From Octopus bimaculoides (lineage: Eukaryota): a DNA stretch of 59,676 nt. Both the position numbers and the translations under genes were made by a program. The stretch lies in contig NC_068997.1 of assembly GCF_001194135.2 (NCBI RefSeq), positions 24,041,070-24,100,745 of the forward strand, given 5' to 3'. This document shows, piece by piece, positions 52,135-59,676 of the stretch (position 1 is its first letter; each line of letters begins with the position of its first letter). Below the pieces are notes generated by a model. It had not been told where the DNA came from and made no database searches. It saw nothing but the letters and a program-made list of their open reading frames with translations.

Positions 52135-53084
52135 TNNNNNNNNNNNNNNNNNNNNNNNNNNNNNNNNNNNNNNNNNNNNNNNNNNNNNNNNNNNNNNNNN
52201 NNNNNNNNNNNNNNNNNNNNNNNNNNNNNNNNNNNNNNNNNNNNNNNNNNNNNNNNNNNNNNNNNNNNNNNNNNNNNNNNNNNNNNNNNNNNNNNNNNNN
52301 NNNNNNNNNNNNNNNNNNNNNNNNNNNNNNNNNNNNNNNNNNNNNNNNNNNNNNNNNNNNNNNNNNNNNNNNNNNNNNNNNNNNNNNNNNNNNNNNNNNN
52401 NNNNNNNNNNNNNNNNNNNNNNNNNNNNNNNNNNNNNNNNNNNNNNNNNNNNNNNNNNNNNNNNNNNNNNNNNNNNNNNNNNNNNNNNNNNNNNNNNNNN
52501 NNNNNNNNNNNNNNNNNNNNNNNNNNNNNNNNNNNNNNNNNNNNNNNNNNNNNNNNNNNNNNNNNNNNNNNNNNNNNNNNNNNNNNNNNNNNNNNNNNNN
52601 NNNNNNNNNNNNNNNNNNNNNNNNNNNNNNNNNNNNNNNNNNNNNNNNNNNNNNNNNNNNNNNNNNNNNNNNNNNNNNNNNNNNNNNNNNNNNNNNNNNN
52701 NNNNNNNNNNNNNNNNNNNNNNNNNNNNNNNNNNNNNNNNNNNNNNNNNNNNNNNNNNNNNNNNNNNNNNNNNNNNNNNNNNNNNNNNNNNNNNNNNNNN
52801 NNNNNNNNNNNNNNNNNNNNNNNNNNNNNNNNNNNNNNNNNNNNNNNNNNNNNNNNNNNNNNNNNNNNNNNNNNNNNNNNNNNNNNNNNNNNNNNNNNNN
52901 NNNNNNNNNNNNNNNNNNNNNNNNNNNNNNNNNNNNNNNNNNNNNNNNNNNNNNNNNNNNNNNNNNNNNNNNNNNNNNNNNNNTTACTTTTCAACAAATA
53001 TATTTTGTCCAAACCACTGATTTCTCTACGTTGCCGTTTCTTTCTAAGGCAAGACGCGCCTTCGAATGAAACACGGCTGCTCGC

Positions 53085-53206
53085 CTTGCATCCACATGGT
53101 TTCCGATTCAGTCTAACTACGCAGCACTTCTACTGTATGGACGTGGGTTGATCAAACCCACGTGAATGAATTTGGTAAACGGAAACTGTGAGCAAGTCCC
53201 TCGTGA

Positions 53207-53251
<45 letters not shown>

Positions 53252-53520
53252 TGTGTGTGTTGTGTATGGGTGTTTATATTTATGTGTATGTATGAGTATT
53301 CATGTGTCTGTTTATTTCTGTGTTAGTGCGTGTGTTTTATCTCTCCACCACCATTAGGCAACTGGTGTTAGTTTGTCTACGTCTTTCTAACATAGTGGTT
53401 CAGGAAAGGTCAATGATGGAATAAGTACGAGAATTAAAAGATGTATAATTACTGAGTCCGATTTGTTCGAGTAAACTATTCAAGAAGGTGGCCCAGCATG
53501 GCCGCAAGTAAAAGATAAAA
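53085..53520 (+). mobile_element. Degenerate full-length SINE family A with an expanded internal (AT)n/(GT)n linker
   Basis: Head remnants CCACATGGTTTCCGATTCAGTC and GAATTTGGTAAACGGAAACTG; 3' module GATTTGTTCGAGTAAA...CCAGCATGGCCGCA. Confidence 0.75.
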
Positions 53521-53565
53521 GTCTTAAATGTGTTAATAGGAGGAGGTTCTTTGTTTTCTATTACG

Positions 53566-53801
53566 TTGAAATCTTTGACTCACCTTCGGAATATATATTT
53601 GCCGAACCTCTTGTATAAGTATTTCAATACTCAGTGCTCCGGTGGACATTCTGATCTATTGCCCTCGGTCAAGACATTTGAACGTGTCGCCCGTCGAGTT
53701 CCCTTCTATTCTACTAGTTTCTTTTCTCGAATTACAGCTGTCTGAAACTCCTCACCATTGTATTGTATCTTCTGTCCTTTAAGCTTTCTGTCAATCAAAA
53801 A
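53566..53801 (+). pseudogene. Decayed 3' end of a non-LTR retrotransposon ORF2 (CR1/L2/Jockey-type)
   Basis: LKSLTHLRNIYLPNLLYKYFNTQCSGGHSDLLPSVKTFERVARR-VPFYSTSFFSRITAV*NSSP, then after a frameshift LSFKLSVNQ. This matches the typical ending L..L.HRR......LFY.Y....CS.EL..L.P ... SFFPRT..LWNSLP ... FK..VN, with TGA at the conserved Trp. Confidence 0.7.
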
Positions 53802-54231
53802 CTTTTGAATTAGTTGGCACTTCCTTTAATTTTCTATTGTCTCTTACGCCACACTAGCCCCAAGCTTTCTTGGGACAAAATCGTTAATAAAGAAGACAAA
53901 AGATTAAGATCTATAATTTGTAAACATAATTCAAAGTAGACCATATCAGTAATTAGTTCAGAATTTAAAGACATTTGTCTTATACTGAACATTATTTTAT
54001 GTGCTGCTCTACTCAATCTATTTTATTCCGGAATACCTTTATAGCTTGCTTGCTTTCTCTGGTTATGTATTTATCCAGGTTTGTGCAGGGTCGGGACATT
54101 AGAATCCTATCATGGTTATCATCGCTCCAAAGGTTAGGTGTTCAGCTACAAAGAGGCCAGTAGTAGAAGGTGGACATCGGAACTCAGGAGACAGAAAGGA
54201 AACGATTGTCCTTTTACATATGAAGACATAT

Positions 54232-54400
54232 ATCTTAGTGGTTAGGATATTGCACTCGTGATTGCTAGATCGAAGGTCCGATTATGGGACTAGACTTGAT
54301 GTGTTATTGAGCAAAACACTTTCTTTTATTTTGCCCTATTTGGGTGGGGGAGTATCACAATCGTGGCTCTCTACATTCTGGGTTAAAATCCCATTTATCT
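54232..54400 (+). mobile_element. Degenerate tRNA-derived SINE family C head
   Basis: CTTAGTGGTTAGGATATTGCACTC (A-box-like), GGTCCGATT (B-box remnant), GTGTTATTGAGCAAAACACTTT central block. Confidence 0.65.
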
Positions 54401-55261
54401 GCAGAAGGCAACGGAACAACACTCAAGTATTGCAATCAAGTCTAGTGATGGGTTACCGTAATTCCAGTAGTCTAACTAACAGCCGTAGAGAATAGTAAGT
54501 GCTCCTTCGGGTCGTATGGCGTGAGCTGGAGAAGGATCACATGAACAGGACCTGCTCAGGAGAAGACTACGACTAGCGTAGATCGTAACGCGTATCCTAT
54601 AGCTCTCTAATGAATGAATTCACCAATCAAATTCTCTGACTTGGAAATTAATATCTCGATCCAGAAACGAACAATGAACTGTTGGGTAATGAAAGGCTTA
54701 GGTAGAGAGATTTCAATTCATAAGAACGTGAACAAACACGACGATGCATTTTATGCAAATATTACAATCATCGACATCGTTGTCATCGTCGTCGTCGTCG
54801 CAGTCATCAGCATTGTTAAAATCACCACCACCGCAATCATCATCTTCTTCCTCATCACCAGCAGCAGCAGCAACGGCAGCAGCAGTAGCTACAGGTAGCG
54901 CTCTTATTATTCATGATGTTGACGTTGTTATCTTTTTCGAATGATACGTTTACGCGTTCAATTTACTTCATACAGACGTGCATAATGCACACACAGGCGC
55001 ACGCACACACAAACATACACACACACACACACACACAAACATGCACACACATCTATACAAACACATAGGTATTATGCACACACAAACACACACACACACA
55101 CATATATATATACATATATACATATGTATATACATATGCACACAGACACACACGTATATATATATACATATATATATATATATGTGCATATATACATATA
55201 TATATATTTACATGCATGCATATACATACGTATATATACATATATACGCATATACATATAT

Positions 55262-55292
<31 letters not shown>

Positions 55293-55918
55293 CATACATG
55301 CATACATAAACATACATACACACCTATACATACATACACACGTATTGTATTGATATATATATANNNNNNNNNNNNNNNNNNNNNNNNNNNNNNNNNNNNN
55401 NNNNNNNNNNNNNNNNNNNNNNNNNNNNNNNNNNNNNNNNNNNNNNNNNNNNNNNNNNNNNNNNNNNNNNNNNNNNNNNNNNNNNNNNNNNNNNNNNNNN
55501 NNNNNNNNNNNNNNNNNNNNNNNNNNNNNNNNNNNNNNNNNNNNNNNNNNNNNNNNNNNNNNNNNNNNNNNNNNNNNNNNNNNNNNNNNNNNNNNNNNNN
55601 NNNNNNNNNNNNNNNNNNNNNNNNNNNNNNNNNNNNNNNNNNNNNNNNNNNNNNNNNNNNNNNNNNNNNNNNNNNNNNNNNNNNNNNNNNNNNNNNNNNN
55701 NNNNNNNNNNNNNNNNNNNNNNNNNNNNNNNNNNNNNNNNNNNNNNNNNNNNNNNNNNNNNNNNNNNNNNNNNNNNNNNNNNNNNNNNNNNNNNNNNNNN
55801 NNNNNNNNNNNNNNNNNNNNNNNNNNNNNNNNNNNNNNNNNNNNNNNNNNNNNNNNNNNNNNNNNNNNNNNNNNNNNNNNNNNNNNNNNNNNNNNNNNNN
55901 NNNNNNNNNNNNNNNNNN

Positions 55919-55954
<36 letters not shown>

Positions 55955-56227
55955 TGTATGTATGTACGTATGTGAGTTTGTGTGAATATTTATACGTTTA
56001 AGTAAACATAGACACAGAAAGAAGGCTTATATTCTCACAAGCACAAACTTAACCCGTACACATACATACCCACCGCAATACCAACATGTATGTGTGATAA
56101 TTTCTATGTGTGTGTCGTCTGAGTATGTGTATGCTTATACATATATCTGTTTGTATGCATACAAAATTACTATCAGTTTTAGGGTATACAATAACGTTTT
56201 AACAAAATAATAAAATAGATTCGTGTG

Positions 56228-56275
<48 letters not shown>

Positions 56276-57010
56276 ATATATATGTTTATATAAAACACCA
56301 CTACCACCATCACAACAAAGTATATCACGTTGTCACCTTCATTACGACCGCCTTCTCCTTCAGCAACAACATTAAGAACAAAATCGTTAACATTATTACT
56401 AAAACGATAGTATTGTCATCTGGATCAGACCCCAAGCACTAGAAATGCGACACAAATCCACCATTGCCGCATTATGAATATCACTGCCAGACATACTGCT
56501 GTGGGTAAAATTTAATTCCTGCTGGAGAAATTTATAGTTATGTTTGTGAGCATATTACAGACATGTGTGCATATACCGTAACTCGTCAACTATAATATTT
56601 TGCAAATGCGTTGTTCGTCTTATATACGTACGTACATAGAATAACGCCTTCCATTTTGACCATGGCCTCTGACTGAAGCAATGAAAATTAAAAGTAAAAA
56701 ATATACGTGTGTGTGTATGTGTGTGTGTGCGTGTGCGTGTGTGATTGTGTATTTGAGATAGAAAGCGAGCGAGATTATATGTGTATGCGTATTTTCGTTG
56801 GCGTTTTTGCACTTACATCTTAGAGTTGGAGACTGTTTGTTTCCTTTGTTAAGTTTCCCTGTTAGCTGATCAGCTGAAACTAGATTTGACTTGATAGGTT
56901 AAACAAGACTATATTTCAATGACTGAAACATGTAAAATAATATTAGTTCAAACGCACGAAAATCTCGGCTCTTGAGTCACTTTGTTGCCTCTGGTAAATA
57001 CTCAACGCTA

Positions 57011-57096
57011 CAATTTCCCTCTACCAAATTCAGTCACAAGTCTGTGATTGGCCTAGGGCTATAGTAGAAACCATTTGCCCAATGTATCATGCAGAA
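57011..57096 (-). mobile_element. Degenerate SINE family A head fragment
   Basis: CTACCAAATTCAGTCACAAG...GGGCTATAGTAGAAACCATTTGCCCAA aligns with 41714-41780. Confidence 0.7.
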
Positions 57097-57279
57097 GATG
57101 GCATGTAAGAAAAATTAAAAAAAGAGTTGCTGTGCAAAAAACATACTTTAATTGGTAGCAGAATGATTACTGAATCATTTGATACCCAATACATCCACAT
57201 CGACAACTCAGTTTTCGAATCCATAACGAACATACGCAGACACGCGCACACGTAACCACACACAAACACTGTTTTATAC

Positions 57280-57290
<11 letters not shown>

Positions 57291-57365
<75 letters not shown>
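57291..57365. repeat. (TG)37 microsatellite
   Basis: Read directly. Confidence 0.97.
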
Positions 57366-57367
<2 letters not shown>

Positions 57368-57829
57368 GTGTATGTGTGTGTGCTTGGGAATAGGAAAAAT
57401 AGAGTAGAATTTAATCCAAATTGTGCATATACCTTTTATAAAGACAGATGTTAATTTAGAAGATTTAGTTGCTATTTTTGGAAACTAGAATGGCCGCATT
57501 GAATGTCCATAGAACAGCATCCACTTCACCCTTCTCCTTATAATACAAGAAGAACTACACTAAGCATTAAACTTTGCTCTGTTTCTTCTTTAAAGCGTGA
57601 AATTCCTCACAATATACCCATATTTTTTTCTGGAATATTTTTCGAAATATTACAGTGCTGACACATATTTCACATCCGGATTATACTGGATTGAACTTGT
57701 ATTATTATTCGCTATTTTACTTTCCTTTTCCTATTGTTACGATTTTTATCGCGATATATTTGATCTTACATGTTTTAGATATTACTATGTTCTTTATTTT
57801 TACTACTTTTCATCATATTTGATATGCAT

Positions 57830-57985
57830 GCAAAAAATATTGAAGAATATGATGATTTAGCCAGTGAACTGTAGACATTCTTCGATATGGGATGCTTGAA
57901 TGATAGTCCTCCACGTTGTCATTGATTCAATGTGAAATACAGGAATTAAGAACATGATAGCAGACTTATAGAAGTATTAATCTGT
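57830..57985 (+). pseudogene. Possible decayed C-terminus of a restriction-like-endonuclease non-LTR element (R4/Dong-like)
   Basis: AKNIEEYDDLASEL*, then after a frameshift IWDA*MIVLHVVIDSM. Resembles the K..KY.DLA.E...LW.....IPVVIGALG motif as I recall it. Heavily decayed. Confidence 0.4.
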
Positions 57986-58021
57986 ACTTCTTTATATTTC
58001 ACTTGTTTTTTTTTTTTGCTT

Positions 58022-58145
58022 TTTTTTTGTCCGTTTCCGTCATTGGACTGCGGTCCTGTTGGATCACTGCCTTCAAGGGTTTAGTCGAACAAATCGATAT
58101 CAATACTTATATTTCAAGACTGGTACCTGTTCTATCTGTGGCTTT
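58022..58145 (-). mobile_element. 3' module of SINE family A
   Basis: TTCCGTCATTGGACTGCGGTCCTGTTGGATCACTGCCTT...TTAGTCGAACAAATCGAT matches 21970-22035. Confidence 0.75.
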
Positions 58146-59676
58146 GTTATCTGTAGACACGATAACAAAGTAGAAGTCACTCAATTAATTGTATTTCTCT
58201 AGATATCCAGCTAAATGTCATGAGTTATAGCCTCTTTTCAACCCAGACCTTGTAAGTCAATTCAAGTTGACAAAAACTGTTTGGAAGCCAGTTCGGTCGA
58301 TTGTACCTGTAATTCAGAAAGACAGAACCTTGTTAAATGTGTCACGCTGATTCTGCGTTAGAATTTGGTTACGAGTACACGTGTCTGTGGAACGTTCATC
58401 CACAAACAACTGGTTCTTCATCGTTGATCGACGAAGAATCAATACATATATTGTCAATCGGAAATAAATTAATGACAAAAAGATGAAAGAACTTCACTCC
58501 TTCTGGAATACTAGGGTAACACATCGCGTTGATTCCACGGAAAATTCTTCTACAATATAGATAAACAAATGAGAAGAATGTTGGCGGAAATACTAAGATA
58601 CTATGTAATTACGTCCCTTGATGCTCTAAGCTCAAATGTCATGTGTTGCCAAATTTAGATTCCATCTTTCCGGTATCGCTAAAAATATATTCTCAGTATT
58701 GTGCTTATCGATTCAGTGCATAATGTTGACCTGGCAGGTGGGGAAAGGCTTAAACATCAATAACAAATAAGTAAGAGCATTATATCTGACTGTGTATTAA
58801 GAGATGCGATCATTTGGAAATGATGCGACTTGCACTTACCAGAATTTAACATGTTTGAACATTTTGAAAAGTAAAAAGACACTCTTGTGTACCAAAATGC
58901 CTTAAGATTATAATAATAGAATATAAAATATAAACAAATATATAAATAAATAAATAAATAAACTCTTCTTTGGAAGTTCCTTAGACATCAAATTTTTATG
59001 ATGGATGTCTCTGGCTGTAGAGGCTGTCAAGATTATCAACGAGATTTCAAATCAACGAAATCTCTGACACAGAAAATCACAGAAAATCGTATGAAGTCTG
59101 AACAGAGTTTAAAAAAAAACAAACACAAAACAGAACACAAACAAATAAAAATACAAAATAATAACAAATAAAATTAATAATAAATTTAAAACATTACGGT
59201 TAAAAATACAAAAACAAACCACAAAAAAACATGCAAGCCTCTAGATTTTTCTTCTGTGCTTCCTTTTAATTGGCAAGATTGAGAAATAGATGGGAAAATA
59301 TGCACTAATTAAAACGGATAGGAGTGGGTGGCGGGAATGAATCTTGTTCCTCACTTCTGTTTTATTTTATTATTTCATCATTTTATATATTTCACTTTTT
59401 TAGTATGAGTTTAGTGATCACGTGATATTCCCCCTCCGCCTCCAATGCCAAAGTCATTGATTATAACCCGATTTCAATCAATATATTAACTAAATTATTG
59501 ACGATCCGGGTTTCCTAGCTTATTATTATTTTTTCTATATTTTTTTCTTTGTCGTAATAGTGATATTGGTGGTAAGGGTAGGTCTTGAGGTAGTTAGGGT
59601 AGATTTTTGCTTTTCTTTATATATATATATATATATTTATATAAAGGTGTGTACGTGTGTATATATATATATATAT

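Overview
AT-rich animal genomic scaffold. It is about 14% N, in 18 gaps totalling about 8.1 kb, and most gaps are bounded by (AT)n or (CA)n tracts. The sequence is saturated with di-, tri- and tetranucleotide microsatellites and with short interspersed repeats. The repeat families resemble those I recall from Octopus genomes, so a cephalopod origin is likely, but this is inference. I cannot support any host protein-coding gene, tRNA, rRNA or CRISPR array. Almost all ORFs in the track are translations of microsatellites or N-runs, so the window reads as intergenic DNA or a very large intron. Supportable content: (1) three SINE-like families (my labels A, B, C), with tRNA-type promoter boxes clear in B and C, plus an unclassified dispersed repeat (D); (2) a MITE-like element with long imperfect inverted arms around telomere-like hexamers; (3) decayed retrotransposon remnants (Penelope-like RT fragment, Penelope-type hammerhead-like motif, CR1/Jockey-type ORF2 end, R4/Dong-like end); (4) a ~410-bp tandem duplication carrying a microhomology-flanked templated patch; (5) a duplicated contig end across one gap. 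I did not find a novel multi-gene system. The most interesting items are small-scale mobile-element and DNA-repair signatures.
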